Shown piece after piece: positions 1 through 14,215 of a stretch of DNA of 64,000 bases; position 1 is the first letter of the stretch; each line of letters begins with the position of its first letter. The position numbers were made by a program, and so were the translations under genes. The notes below the pieces were generated by a model, which was not told the DNA's origin, did no database searches, and worked only from the letters and a program-made list of their open reading frames with translations. Where the stretch lies: assembly GCF_006345805.1 (NCBI RefSeq), contig NC_043010.1, positions 39,370,001-39,434,000 of the forward strand, given 5' to 3'. The DNA is from Octopus sinensis (Eukaryota).

Positions 1-110
1 CGTTTTGAGCCTACGCTCTTCGACAGAAAGATACACAGAAAAAAAACGAGGAGAGAAACAAAGAGAGAAAAAAATGCGTGTAGGAGCTAACGATCTATCA
101 TGGCGTCCTG
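1..110 (-). mobile_element. Penelope-like pseudo-LTR remnant (family P1), cut by the window edge, with a degenerate hammerhead-like motif at 1-30
   Basis: Minus strand reads cttt-CTGTCGA-aGAGCgtagGCTC-AAAACG. Homologous to 11271-11470 and 30083-30262. Abuts a (TA)n tract. Confidence 0.55.
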
Positions 111-113
111 ACT

Positions 114-155
<42 letters not shown>

Positions 156-819
156 CATTTTTTTCTCTCGTTCTTTGCGTATTTAACACATTTGTTTTCG
201 CATTTCATGTTGCTTACTGTTGCTGACGTCCTGTATCTATATATGCAAATACATGTGCGTGTGTATGAATTTGTGTGTGTGTATGCGTGTGTGCGTGTGT
301 GTAGTTTCCTTTACCGCAAGTTTAACTGTACTTTTCTTTCCTTGTAAATATGTCACGAATTACTTGGCCGATCAAACCGATTACAATCTCTCGGAGTTAA
401 TATGCCAGTATAAGCATCGTCAAGAGATTGAAGGTACTAAAGCATGCAAAAAAGAAATAATTATATATTTATTCTCTTGTGCATCATTTATAATTCTATG
501 AGAATCGCAATTTTTGCGGTCATTCATGAACTTTGCACTCTCTACCAGTTTAGATTTTACAAGTGACTTTTAATCAATAATTTCTTTATATCGACACCAA
601 AACTATAATTTCTTTTCCACAGGGATAGTATTTGCTAGTCTACATATATATAGATCACTTGAAGTGCAGATGTTCCTTTCAACTTTAAAGTACCCCTGGA
701 AAACAAATAAGGACACTATGAGTTCGTTTGATTTTATAGAAATATCTGATATTTTTTCGCTTAGAAAACATCGTATTTTGAGAAATGATTATATCTGAAT
801 TTCAGTGCAAGATTTAAGG

Positions 820-1220
820 AATCGAGGTTAGTTTATAATAGTAACCCCACTTGCTACCTGGTTAGTATTTTATGTTATCGACATCGGGGGAATGAAAGGC
901 AAATTTGGAAGAATTTGAACTAAGAAGATAAAAGGAAGAGGGACATACTGCAAAGCAAATTTTCCGATTCGTTAATATGTCTATCAGTTCTCTTGAATTT
1001 AGTGTCGGAAAAAAAATGGTTTCAGATTTTGGCACAAGGCCAGAAATTTATAGGTGACGGGGTAGGTCGATTACATCGAACCTCGTGCTAATATTATCGA
1101 ACCTGAAAGGATGAAGAGTAAAATCGACCTCCGTAGATTTGGAACTCGGAACAAAATGAGTCGATAGACATACCACGAGTCATTTTCCGGCTCGATAGAA
1201 TTCGTAACAGCTCGCCCCAT
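820..1220 (-). mobile_element. Two degraded tandem copies of tRNA-derived SINE family B
   Basis: Diverged matches to the family core (tatcgaccccgaaaggatgaaaggcaaagtcgacctc) and tail (ggcacaaggcc). Confidence 0.65.
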
Positions 1221-1682
1221 TTTGTCTCTGAAATGATAAGCTACACGAAAGACAGTGAGAGAAAGAGAGAGAGAGAGAGAGAGTGTGGGGGAGAGAGAGA
1301 TTTATATCCATATTGTTTGAAAGTATGCAGGATAATCATTCATTCCTGGATCGTAAGTTTGGTTGAGCAGAATTAGTCTCGGCGCAAAGAGCTACTGCAT
1401 ATGTGATGGATTGATGTGGGATTATAGTTGCAATAACTGCATCACCGAACCATTAGACTGAAACTGCTGGTGACAACAATGTTAGCACTACTGACAATTA
1501 AAGATCAAACACCGTCCCATAGGCTAGAAATGGTAGCAACATGGTACTACAACTGTTACTTAGCGTAGATATACAATCGAATACATTACACATTATAGCG
1601 AGAGCTGTACAGGTCTTGAACAAATGTGGTTGGAGTATAAGCCATCGTAAGGAAAGCTTGTAATGGCTGACACTTTTCGAAA

Positions 1683-1699
1683 ATAACAACAACAACAAC

Positions 1700-1743
<44 letters not shown>

Positions 1744-1751
1744 TAATAATA

Positions 1752-1820
<69 letters not shown>

Positions 1821-1840
1821 TAATAATAATAATAATGATG

Positions 1841-1901
<61 letters not shown>

Positions 1902-1960
1902 TGATGAGGATATGATGATGATGATATTAATAATAATAATGACGACGACGACGATGATGA
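1683..1960. repeat. Compound (AAC)/(AAT)/(GAT)n microsatellite
   Basis: Directly visible trinucleotide tracts. Confidence 0.95.
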
Positions 1961-2890
1961 TAAAGGCTGCGAATATCATTCAAGCAATAAATACAGGGAC
2001 TATTCCAGTATTAAGAGACACTCTTACCTTTTTACTATGGACAAAAGTCGAGCTAAAGAAATTAGAAAGAAGAATAGAACATAGACCTCTGCTCACAGTT
2101 CAAAACACACATCATGTGACTCTACATACCGGGAAGAGAAGGGGGCAAAGGTTTGATAAATGCAGAGGATAGTGTTTGTACCGCGATATTGGGGGTGAAA
2201 CAGAGTAAAGAAAGATGATTAAAAGTCAACTAAAAGTGCCACTAAAATTACTGGAACGATAAGAGATTAAAGAACACTTGGTCTGGCTGACGGACAGAAA
2301 CCTGAGAACGAAGTGATAATCATAGCCACTTAGGAACAAGATATTTGGACGAATCTGATGAAGCAAAGACGATACAGCTCAGAAACAGCACGTGTAGAAT
2401 TGAGTGAGTGCAGCAAGCTAGCACAAAAAGAGTATGAATGCCTAAGTGAAAGAAGGAATTGGGACGTTAGCTTTGTCTATGGCTTTGAAATAACACATAA
2501 GTGGTATGAACATTAACCATAGGCTGTGACAAAGAATGAAGATTACAGAATCTTATCGGACTTATCTGTAAAAAGACTGGCCTAACTAAAGGAAGAAGAC
2601 CAGATATGATTATAAAGAGCCAAGAAAATGAACACTGTAAAATCATAGATTTTGCAATTCGTAGACTTATATGCAATTCCATATAATAGAGTGGAAACCA
2701 AAGAAGCAGGAGTGTGAAGAAATTGTTACAGACTGGGAAAACAATTACACCATAGGCTGTGACAAAGAATGTGACAGAACATCCAGACTGCAATCAAAAA
2801 GACTGAAACATTGGAATTAACAATCATATTGTCGACTTGCAGAATTGCCCTCCTGTATTCTGCAAGAATAATCATAAGTATTTGTGAGTT
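1958..2890 (+). mobile_element. Degraded R4/Dong-like non-LTR retrotransposon fragment (RT C-terminus to REL endonuclease)
   Basis: Translations IKAANIIQAINT..IPVL...WTKVELKKLERR and RRPDMII..ENEHCKIIDFAI match RT-end and PD-(D/E)xK motifs of this clade. Many stops and frameshifts. Preceded by (AAT)n. Confidence 0.75.
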
Positions 2891-2930
2891 CTATATTTAA
2901 AAGAAGAGAAATTATGTACATTATTTGAAT

Positions 2931-3238
2931 TATTTACATTTGACGGATATTTGTCCTCATTTTGTTTGTTGTTAACACAACGTTTCGGCTGATATATCCT
3001 CCAGCCTTTATCAGGTGTCTTGGGGAAATTTCGAACTTGAGTTCTCATCTTTGTCTCTATATCTACGTAGGGAAGTTAGATAGTTTGAAAAACGAGCTAG
3101 TTTTTGATGGAGTTTCTCTAAATGTCTCCCAGGTTCGAAATTTCTCCAAGACACCTCATGAAGGCTGGAGGGTATATCAGCCGAAACGTTGTGTTAACAA
3201 CAAACAAAATGAGGACAAATATCCATCAAACGTAAATA
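2931..3238. mobile_element. Inverted-repeat element (about 109-bp arms) with a minimal hammerhead motif in each arm; Penelope-like
   Basis: 2931-3039 is the reverse complement of 3130-3238. Each arm reads gacac-CTGATGA(variant)-aGGCTG..CAGCC-GAAACGTT-gtgtt. Confidence 0.8.
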
Positions 3239-4400
3239 CAGTAAATAATGTAAGTATTTTTGAGAATTGTGATTTTTTGTCAGTAGTATTAGTAGTTGTG
3301 GCTTGAGTAGGAATAGAAGTAGTAGTTATGATAATAATGATAAGTTTTATTAAAACTGCAATAAATCCAATTTATGTCTTTCTACGAATTCGAACAGCTA
3401 AAATTGGTAGCAATCCTCTCTTCCGCTACACTCTATACACGTAAAGAATATCTGAGAAATAAATAAAAATTTGAACTTCTTGCGCAGAGAAGGAAATACT
3501 TTAACATTCTTTTCCTTTTCAAAATAAAACAGTCAAATGTTACCGCTTTGCACTGCCTAAAATTAAACCTGTTCAGGCTTTATTGAATTGAAGATTAGAA
3601 AGATGAGAAACAAACGTTTGTGATCGCTTAAGACATCTATATAAATGTGTTTTTTTTTTCTCTGAGACTATAGATAATGGAATTTATGTATCGTTCTACT
3701 TAAATATATTAATGAATAAATACATTTATACGTAACTTGAAAATCATTAGAAATACATCATATAAATCTGAGAGAATCTTAACCAGAATTCGAAAGAGAA
3801 GTGAAAGATATCTATAATGGTGCTTGCATACAAGAACGTTAACATAAATTATAATGCAGATATGCGTCGTTTCCACGAGGACCTCATTTTGATAGTTATT
3901 TTTTTCTCATTTCCGTAGGTTATCAACAACTGGAAATAGAAGGAAAATATTGAAACTTAATTAAACGAAAAGAAAACCAATGTAAAGAAGCATTTCGTGT
4001 ATGTGACCTATCTCTACACAGGCATAAACACACCCTCGCATATTTGATATATACGTATATATGCGTATATATTTGTATTTACCTATATATATATATGTAC
4101 ACACACACACACCTATATATATGTAGATATACATGCATATACTCACACACATCTACACCCACACATATACGTGTGAGGGTGTGTGTGTGTCTGTGTTCAT
4201 TCATACGGCAATTATATAAATATTTACACACAAACTCATTTACGTATATAAAAAAAAACTGTATAATATATACGTGTGGCCGTGCGTAAGTTGCATACAC
4301 AAACGTGCATATGGCACTATATATATATAGGTAGATATATATATGTACAAATATATATAAATACATGCATATATATATACCTACCACACACACATGTATA

Positions 4401-4457
<57 letters not shown>

Positions 4458-4745
4458 TTGCGCGCGTTTGTTCTATTCAGCGAATGTAATAAGATTCCTA
4501 TTTACTGATATTATACGATATTTTCAAGTGACTGAAATATGTGAAATGATGAATTTAATCAAATTTTAATGCAGTTTTTAGTTTACTTTGTAAGCAGACG
4601 TTATGAGCGAGATGTCTGAGCTGCTAAATTGAATATGCATTTCCTGTTTATCATACTTTGTGTACTCTTATGCACGCATGCGCATAAAATGCTGCGAGTT
4701 TCTCTTATAGATGTATATATATATGTATACATATATACAAACGCA

Positions 4746-4780
4746 ATCTATCTATCTATCTATCGATCTATCTATCTATA

Positions 4781-4848
<68 letters not shown>

Positions 4849-4863
4849 AATCTATCTATATAT

Positions 4864-4920
<57 letters not shown>

Positions 4921-4954
4921 AATCAATCTATCTAACTATATACCTATCTATCTT

Positions 4955-5011
<57 letters not shown>

Positions 5012-5025
5012 TTATCTATCTGTCT
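4746..5025. repeat. (ATCT)n microsatellite
   Basis: Directly visible. Similar tracts at about 20730-21025, 29695-29820, 30265-30525, 32246-32470, 44205-44290 and 50311-50580 (GATA strand). Confidence 0.95.
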
Positions 5026-5144
5026 ATACAAACATGCATACATATATATTCATATAAATATAAATGATTTATAAAGTGCTCTATATTTTCAACATAATTA
5101 AATTTTATGAGATTTGTATTTTATATAAAATTGCATGAAGTGCA

Positions 5145-5592
5145 GTGTGTATGTATGTACATATGTATATATGCTTGTATGTATGTATATTTGCTTGTTT
5201 GTATGTATGATTTATGTACGTGTTTGTATGTACGTATGTATGCATATATGTATGTATTTTTGTATGTATGCATGTTTGTATGTATGCGTGTATGTATACA
5301 TGCATGTATGTTTGTTAATATGTACGTTTGTGTATATGTATATATATATATGAGTATGAATGTTTGTAAGTATGTATGCATGTATGTATGTTTGTATGTA
5401 TGTAATATTTGTATATATGTATGTTTGTATGTATGTATATGTGTATGTATGTTTGTATGTATGTTTGTATGTATGTATAAGTTTATGTATGTGTCGATAC
5501 ATGCATATGTGTATGTATGTATTTTTGTATATATGCATGCATGTATATACTTTTGTATGAATATTTGTACGTATGTATGTATATATGTATAT
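5145..5592. repeat. Degenerate (TATG)n low-complexity tract
   Basis: Directly visible. Confidence 0.9.
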
Positions 5593-6017
5593 TAATTATT
5601 AGAGACGGAAGCAGTATGAATGCAAAACGGCAACCTTTATATCCAACTGAAAATGGATGCTTTGTTGCAACACTGTATTCGGAGATATTAGCCTCGGGAT
5701 ATCCTCTCACATAGACTATTGTTGCATAATAGCACACACATAGAACATAGCAGATGAAATCCATCTGTTATTGGTGCTGCAATTCCCATATAACTTGCGA
5801 TTCCTATATCACCTATTGTATGTCATCAACTGCGTTGATTTGCGCTTCTCATGTTGTCTGAAATATATATGTAGTATTACATTTTGTGGTAAAATTTATA
5901 CTTTGTCAGCAAATTCGTTTGAAAGTATTGTTCGGCCAGAACCGCTCTGGAACGATATTAAACAATGCAACAATGAGAATAACGAGGTCCTCATGTGTGA
6001 TTTTTAGAACAATATTC

Positions 6018-6478
6018 TTTTCTTCTCTAAGCACAAGGACCAAAATTTGGGGGAAGGAGCCAGTTGATTATTCGTTTCTACTCTAGGCACAAAGTCTAAA
6101 ATTTGGTGGTAGGGGGGACAGTTGATTCTATCGACCCTGAAAGGCAAAGTCGACCTCGGCTGAATGTGGACTCAAAACATAAGACAGATGAAATACCATT
6201 AAACATTTCGCTCGGCGTGCTAACGTGTCTTCCAGCTCGCCGCTTTATTTTTAGAACAATATTCGTTTCTACTCTAGGCACAAGGCCCGAATTTTAGGGG
6301 GAAGGGGGCCAGTTGATTAGATCGACCCTAGTACGCAACTGGTACAAAATTTATCGACCCTGAAAGGGTGAAAGGCAAAGTCGACCTCGGCGGAATTTGA
6401 ACGCAGAACGTAAAGACAGACGAAATAACACTAAGCATTTCGCCCGACGTGCTAACGTTTCCACCATCTCGCCCCCTT
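6018..6478 (-). mobile_element. Tandem array of SINE family B (one tail fragment, one internally deleted copy, one full copy)
   Basis: Repeated units tttctactctaggcacaagg...gaaaggcaaagtcgacctcggc...gctcgccgc; the flank ttttagaacaatatt recurs at about 6002, 6248 and 6481. Confidence 0.85.
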
Positions 6479-7073
6479 ATTTTTAGAAAAATACTATATC
6501 AGTGACGATACATCCCTCCAATGATGTATCTAAAGTACAGAATGTGAATAATGTATGTCTGTTTCAGATAGAATGTTTCTGAGATTATATAATTCCATCG
6601 ATATTCATTTTATAAAGACTCCATTGTGGCATTCCATGAAATCTTGGACATAATTTTCAATACTCAGTCTCACCATTTGAGGTTTTATCGTTGTTAAGTG
6701 GAGGTCAATATGTGCTTCATAATTTTGATTACTCATGATGTGGTTAAATAAAACGAAGAGATTTCTTTAGGCAATAACGATCGTAGGATATTTTACTTTA
6801 AAATTTCTTAATATAGTGAAGATATTAAGATATTCATAATGATATCCAGTAGATAATGCACATGGACACACAGATATCATCATAAATATGTGCAAAATTA
6901 CTTCCGTGTCCCCTTACCTACGGTTATTTATTTATATACAAATTTACATACACATACACAAACCTACTATTTATACACACACACACGGACATATATATTG
7001 TGTATGTATATATATATATATTATATATATATATAATATATATTATATATATATATATATAATATATATTAAA

Positions 7074-7112
<39 letters not shown>

Positions 7113-7149
7113 TATATGGTGTGTGTGTGTGTGTGTGTGTGTGTATGTA

Positions 7150-7195
<46 letters not shown>

Positions 7196-8031
7196 GGCAT
7201 TACTATACATAAATGCCACACATTAGGAGGGATTCTTACATCAGGACTACTAAAATAAATAAACACATCATACCGAAAGCGTTCATTTATTATATATCTT
7301 GAAGTATGCGTGCACTGACGATTACAGAGTGCATTTCTGCACCAATTATGAAATCATGTGATTTGGAGATACAATATATTTCCTTATTTTAAACAACAAT
7401 AATTTTTGTTTTCTGTTTGTTTGTTTTTTTTTACTGTGATTCAGTTTCATTAACAAATACTAGGTGTCGGTAACATTTGTGAGTTTAGTATCATTCATGA
7501 ATTGATGTCGATTCTTGCACTTAGGCAAGACTTTTCTTGGGCAAGTATTTTTGCTACCACACAATGTGAAAAAGAAAAAAAAATATCAAAGACCAACGAC
7601 ATATATTAATTTCCTTGCAGAGCTGAGATAAAACAGATTTGAGATTGGAGAAGACAACCGGAAATCGATCCAAGATTCTGAAATATATCCGATCCCACTG
7701 GGTTTGAGATTTGGTTCCGATATAATCTTTCTAGTAGATTGTATGGAACGGTTCTTCTTCTTGCTTTAAATTTATCACAAACCATTCTCTTTTATCTGGT
7801 GGATATTTAACTTGGCATCTGAATGATACCATATCGATCTTTCACTCGAAATAAGTTCACGTAATCGTAAACAACCGTACCCAGCACAATCACAACACAC
7901 AGACACACAGACACACACACACACAATAAATAGGATAAACGTTATGTCAACATATGAATAGCTCGCCTGCTGCTTGATAAATTTTACGTTAGGTTATATA
8001 TGACATTTATATATATTATAACATACAACAC

Positions 8032-8039
<8 letters not shown>

Positions 8040-8076
<37 letters not shown>

Positions 8077-8216
8077 TATAATATATCTATATATATATAT
8101 ATATATATATTATGTATATATATATATATATCTATATATATATACATACATATATATATTATATATATATATATATTATATATATATATATATATATAAT
8201 ATACATACATATATAT

Positions 8217-8290
<74 letters not shown>

Positions 8291-8292
8291 CA
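8040..8292. repeat. (TA)n microsatellite
   Basis: Directly visible; one of dozens of (TA)n tracts in the window. Confidence 0.95.
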
Positions 8293-9139
8293 TATGTTTG
8301 TTTGTTGTTTGTTTGAATATAGATTACTCGTGTCTATACTCCGAAGTGGCGTATTCTCTTTAAATAGGAACCATATGCGGTAAGCAGCCTCCGAGAATAT
8401 GATTGGAGTTTTGCCAAATAAGGAAAGTACTGTAAACAAGCTCATTCTTCAAACGTCTAAAATAGATTATGGGTGCTAGGCATTGTTTTAAAATTGATTT
8501 GAACTACAATATATATTCAACGTGGCCACAAATCAATGTTTATTGAAGGAAGTTATGTTAAGTAAATTTGATCGGTTATATATCGTTATGCTATTTTCAC
8601 CCTCGCTTCAATGCTATCTAATAGGCTTTCGTATAATGGAATCCTATATTGCGGTACGGCGCAGTATCTCGATTATTGATGTCTAAAGGTTAATGAAATA
8701 TTAGTTTATTGCAAATTAACGTTATATGTGAAGTGTTTCTAAAGAAAGGAAACAATCACAGCGCAAAAGCGATGAACGTAATAAAAATGTAAAACAGCAA
8801 AAGGGCCTTCTAGACGGTTCCTTGAGCTACTAGAAATAACAGCCAATTATCTCTTCACAACTTCATACTCTGATGATTTAAATATATTGTGATACACAGG
8901 AATTCACCGTATTTCATATATGAAACATAGGATATGTTATGACTAGAGTTCTTTGTGAAATACAAGCAAAAGCCCCACCCCCCGTCCAATGAACGGTGCT
9001 GAGTTGTCAAACATTTAAACCAAATGTTCTGAAAACAACTTGTCCGACCGTCCCATAGGCCTCCCCTTTGAGAAACACTTATTTAACGTAAATTTGAGAC
9101 ACCAGCAAAAGAAGAAATAAATAAAGATAGACTTATTTT

Positions 9140-9670
9140 CTATTCCAATGTAAAACGATTTTACTCACACTAATATGCACCGGAAGAGTTTAAAGTACCA
9201 GTAACAATAAGGCTGCTGACTGGGAGAACACAATTATGGGTTAACCAGTAAGCTTGGCAGGAAAGAAACGTGCCTTTAAGCAGTACAAAGACAAAAAAAA
9301 AATGAAAGTTGCAGGTATGTACAGCAGGACAAAAATGATGCGTGCAAATGGGTTAGCTGGAGGAAAATCTAAATGGAAAGGCATGCTGCTTTTTTTGCGC
9401 AAACTGCACTAGCATTTTTCTCCGTAGCATTGTATCGAGCGCAACAGCTGATGTACTTGCGCCTACAAATGCACGTTCCTACGACTTTGTCGATCGCATT
9501 CTCACCTGGAATCGATTTTTGTAATTTTTTCAAGACTTATACACGCCCTGATACCGTCGGTATCCACATATCGAATTTGAGCGCAATCGGATGGAGGATG
9601 CCTGAAATCCTAGAAGACACACACACACACACACACACATACACACACAGAACGGATTTTATATAATAGA
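9140..9670 (-). mobile_element. Non-autonomous Helitron-like element (5' end at 9670)
   Basis: Minus strand starts A|TCTTATATATAAAATCCGTTC followed by (TG)n, the typical invertebrate Helitron-N 5' architecture. The 3' CTRR end and hairpin were not located. Confidence 0.45.
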
Positions 9671-10189
9671 TATTTGGTCAATCATGGTTGATCTGCAACA
9701 AAACATCAACAAACAACAAAGCCTAAAAATATGTTATGTTAAAATAGGTTGTTTCTATACGCAGCTAAAATTACCCTGTGGTTATAATTACAACACTATC
9801 AATGGATCTTTCTGATATTTGAATAATTTCCTATATATTATACTGGAGAAGTTATTTCACACTATTGTTTTCTTGTTGGTATGATAATAGTTATTCGATC
9901 AAAAGCAGGGGTGAGCTCTGAATAAATGTAAAGGATAATTCAACTATTTCGAGCTGTTGTATTTATATCTAACCATATTTCAAGAATGGACGTAGAAATA
10001 ACATCCTCCTTACATTTTAAGATATTCATAATAGATGCGTTGTTTGCTTTTAGTAGTACATGTATTTGACAAAGGATCTTATCATCTTATTAAGATCGGT
10101 TGTATCTTCTTCTTCCAGTCAGGACTCATGCCATTAGCCACAAAGAATAATCTCTAATTCGAGCCTACTCTAAGCTACTAAGAATGCGT

Positions 10190-10470
10190 GTGGTGACTTG
10201 AAAATCCACCCACCACACGCGGTAGACTGGCGGTTGCACGGTCGCGAAAGCTACGCTGTTATCCTCATTCCGTAAACGGTGGATTTTAACGAATGGAGAG
10301 CTGAACCATCCTGGGGTACAGAGGATTTGCAATCTAGCCCAGGGTCTGAAAGTTTACCACACCATAATGGGCTACACCATGGTTCCTCTGCTTTGTGGCA
10401 GAAACAGGAAGAAAGAGTGAGAGAAAGTTGTGGTAAAAGAGTACAGCGGGGTTCACCACCATCTCCAGTG
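10190..10470 (-). mobile_element. SINE family C fragment (core plus a distinct 3' tail)
   Basis: Minus strand gatggtggtgaaccccgctgtactcttttaccacaactttctctcactctttcttcctg matches the core of 38228-38610; the downstream sequence differs. Confidence 0.7.
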
Positions 10471-10870
10471 TTTTTTTTTTCCTCAGCGCGCAACTGATAC
10501 TTTCATCCATCAACTGACTAAAACATCACGATTTTATTACATTACAGGTCTCCATAGCAGAGGTAAAGATTGTTTCACTCGCGGTGATTGTTTTACTTTG
10601 TTGTCGTTTAAACTGAGGTAAAGAAAGCTACAAGACTAAGCAAATGTATGATGAAAATGTATCTAGAATTGACAATATCACCATTCGGTGCATTAGCTAC
10701 TTGATTTTTCGTCAGTTATCTTTTACTTTTTTCTCATTTACATGTTTCAGCCATTAGACTGCAATCATGCTGAAGGGCGCCGCTAATTTTCTGGGACGTA
10801 AACACACACGAGAAAAACCAACGATTGCGAAGCGGTGATGGAGGGACAAACACAGACACACACGCATATT

Positions 10871-10960
<90 letters not shown>

Positions 10961-10964
<4 letters not shown>

Positions 10965-11224
10965 GGGAATATTATTCCAAACTTACAGGGACAAATTCAA
11001 TTTAATGCTGAATCAAATTTCACAAAATACAACATATGTATATAAATTAGAAAAAAACACCTTTTATCACGTGTAGCCATTTTGCCAATTATATACCTTT
11101 TATTTATTATTTTGTACATTACTTAATCATCGGTATATGTTTTATCGTATATTGAAGTTATTTCTATATGGTATAATTTAATTATTACATTGTTGAATTG
11201 ATAAAAGGTGGTTTTGTTCTAATT

Positions 11225-11230
<6 letters not shown>
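10961..11230. mobile_element. (TA)n-embedded element with an internal inverted repeat
   Basis: tataaattagaaaaaaacaccttttatca (11041-11069) pairs with tgataaaaggtggtttttgttctaatttata (about 11200-11228). (TA)n on both sides. Confidence 0.55.
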
Positions 11231-11270
<40 letters not shown>

Positions 11271-11271
<1 letters not shown>

Positions 11272-11470
11272 GGGAGAGTTTACGAAAAAAACAAAAGACG
11301 AAGACAGGTGGTGTACAAAACAAATGATCAGGAATAGGAAAAGCCTTTTACGTTTCGGGGCCTACGCTCTTCTACAGAAAGGGACACAGAAAAAGAACAA
11401 GGAGAGAAACAAGGAGAGAAAAAATGAGAGGAAAAAACGAGACAAAAAAATATTTGTAGTGGCTAACGAT
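11271..11470 (-). mobile_element. Penelope-like remnant (family P1) with hammerhead-like motif at 11345-11381
   Basis: Minus strand cttt-CTGTAGA-aGAGCgtagGCCCC-GAAACGTA-aaag; stem I is cttt/aaag. Confidence 0.6.
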
Positions 11471-12221
11471 CTAGGCTTCTTTCAGTTTCCTTCTACCATA
11501 CTCACTTACATGACTTTGGTCGGCCTGAAGCTGCAGTAGAAGACACCTGCCGAAGGTTCCATGCTGTGGGACTGAACCCTGAAGCAAATTGTTGGAAAGC
11601 AAGCTTCTTATCCCCACTGCCATACCTAATATATTGCAATTTGAGTGAAGTTTGGCTGTTATATCTATTAGGTCTAACGGTTACGTGTCTATACCCTTGT
11701 TCGTTTGAAACTCTGCAATAATGGGAAAGTAGCTGTATTCTATTTACAACGAAATAGATTTCTCCATAAAGTAGACATAACTACTATTGAATGCAAAACA
11801 TATTACACAACTTCAATATTTACGTATAACGTCTTATATCAATAAATGATTGGAGTGAAATTTTAAATGAAGAAAGAAATAAAACTAGCATTAGTGTTGA
11901 ATCGAAGTATATTTCTTGAGAATGTTTAATGAAACAAGATGACAGTGATTTTAATGCGTTGTGACATTAGCATCTGAATATGTCGGATTTAAAATCTCCA
12001 AGTACGTTAGATATTTTGTCAGTTTTGAAACTACAGCCAAATATTGAAATGATTCAAGTTTGGCAAATATGAAAAGAAATTAAGAGGAACATTTAAAATC
12101 AACTTTCTCATCAATGTTTGTATACACGACATTCTCATATAGACTCACAACCATCGACACACATTAAGATAAACACGTGCATACATACATGCATATATAC
12201 ATGTCTATAACCATATGTGCC

Positions 12222-12261
<40 letters not shown>

Positions 12262-12452
12262 TACACACACATATATATATAGGTACACACATTTAAATGC
12301 ATGCATATACGCATGCACACGCTCATACATACGCACACACACACACACACATATACATATATGTATAGCATATAATTTGTATATACTTATGTACAAATGT
12401 TTACCCTTACGCGCGCAAACAAACACATACACACACGCACGTACACACACAC

Positions 12453-12508
<56 letters not shown>

Positions 12509-12628
12509 CTATTTATGCATATACATAGAAACGCATATGCACCAACATAAATATAATGGACCACTAGAACTATTACCGTACGCTGTTTATATAATGGATA
12601 ATAGTTCATTCTACTTTATATATACGTC

Positions 12629-12663
<35 letters not shown>

Positions 12664-12807
12664 TCGTGTGTGTGTACGTGGGTCTATGCATTCCCGTACG
12701 TGTGTATGCATGCATTATGCACATATATATATGTGTACATATATATATACGTTCATATATATAGATATATACACATATATACACATAGAAATACAATGAG
12801 ATTGGAA

Positions 12808-12858
<51 letters not shown>

Positions 12859-13909
12859 TAATAATAATAATAATAATATAATGATGATAATAACAACAAC
12901 GCCAACCATTTTAATAATAATAATTGATGAATAGAACCATACGTCATACTTTTGGAACCATTTATAGTAAAGTTCGAACGAAACAAATAAGTATATATCT
13001 TAAAATCTTTTCACTTAAAAACTAAGGATAATAAAATAGTGAAATGTGCCCATTTGTTGTAATAAAACAGCACACACAAAGTACTTTAAATGACAACTCG
13101 CAGTTCGATGTAATGGGGCATCTCAGCTCTGGGTTGATTGTATCGAAAGTTTTAAATGGTGACTCTAGTGAACTTTTAGACGGAGGCTGTAGTGAACTGA
13201 TTCTGTTTGGAAGGAAACACCTGAGTAGTGTATATAATTATAGCATCACATATTTGAAGAGCGAACTCAGCGGTCGTTTTAATGATATAGCTAAGCGTTG
13301 ATAGCTCTAAATACCACGCTGTTTGTTTTAACATCACAGACTTTTGTTGGTTGTAATAGCACAGTTCATCTGTAGCTTAAATAAACTCTGCAGTCTTCTT
13401 ACTCGTAATGAAACGTTAGATATACGTGTAATGAGACATCTAGCGGTGACAATTACAGTGACTGATGCAGTACATAGGTTGCTGAGCTCAGCGTGGTTGT
13501 AATGACGTGACCTATTTTTGTTTGCAATGTAGCCATTTTCTTGGTTGCGTTAATGACAAGGCTCAGAGATATCGAAATGTGGAACCCTGCGGTGATTGTA
13601 ATGAAATTGATAAGTGGTAGTTTTATGGCAGACACAATTATACCTACCTACCTACCTACCTACCTACCTACCTACCTACCTACCTACCTTCCTACCTACC
13701 TACCTACATACATACATACATACATACATACATACATACATACATACATACATACATACATGTACATACGTTCATACTTACATATATACATACATGCATG
13801 TATGTATGTGTGCGTATGTATACGTACACACACGCGTTGTTTGTGAGGTGGTTCATATTGCCAAAAGTATGACGCATAATTCTATATATTAATTATTATT
13901 AAAATGGTT

Positions 13910-14215
<306 letters not shown>

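Larger units (their letters stand above)
10720..11628 (-). mobile_element. SINE family A split by insertions in its internal microsatellite
   Basis: Tail half at 10720-10860 and tRNA-head half at 11473-11628, separated by (CA)/(TA)n tracts and two inserted elements. Confidence 0.75.

Noticed and set aside
3902-3953. Good splice acceptor (ttttctcatttccgtag) followed by a short open frame YQQLEIEGKY*
   Set aside because: No upstream exon or homology can be supported; such acceptors arise by chance in 64 kb of AT-rich DNA.
6001-6497. Repeat-spacer-like pattern suggestive of a CRISPR array
   Set aside because: The 'spacers' are SINE copies, the context is eukaryotic, and there are no cas genes.
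8795-8860. Short motif ctactagaaataacagccaa with relatives near 11650, 31620 and 34985
   Set aside because: Likely remnants of another old repeat, but too short and diverged to delimit.
13085-13202. Possible minus-strand exon (acceptor tttccttccaaacag, open frame ISSLQPPSKSS...)
   Set aside because: The donor is weak (GTACTT), the peptide is unrecognised, and no partner exons were found.
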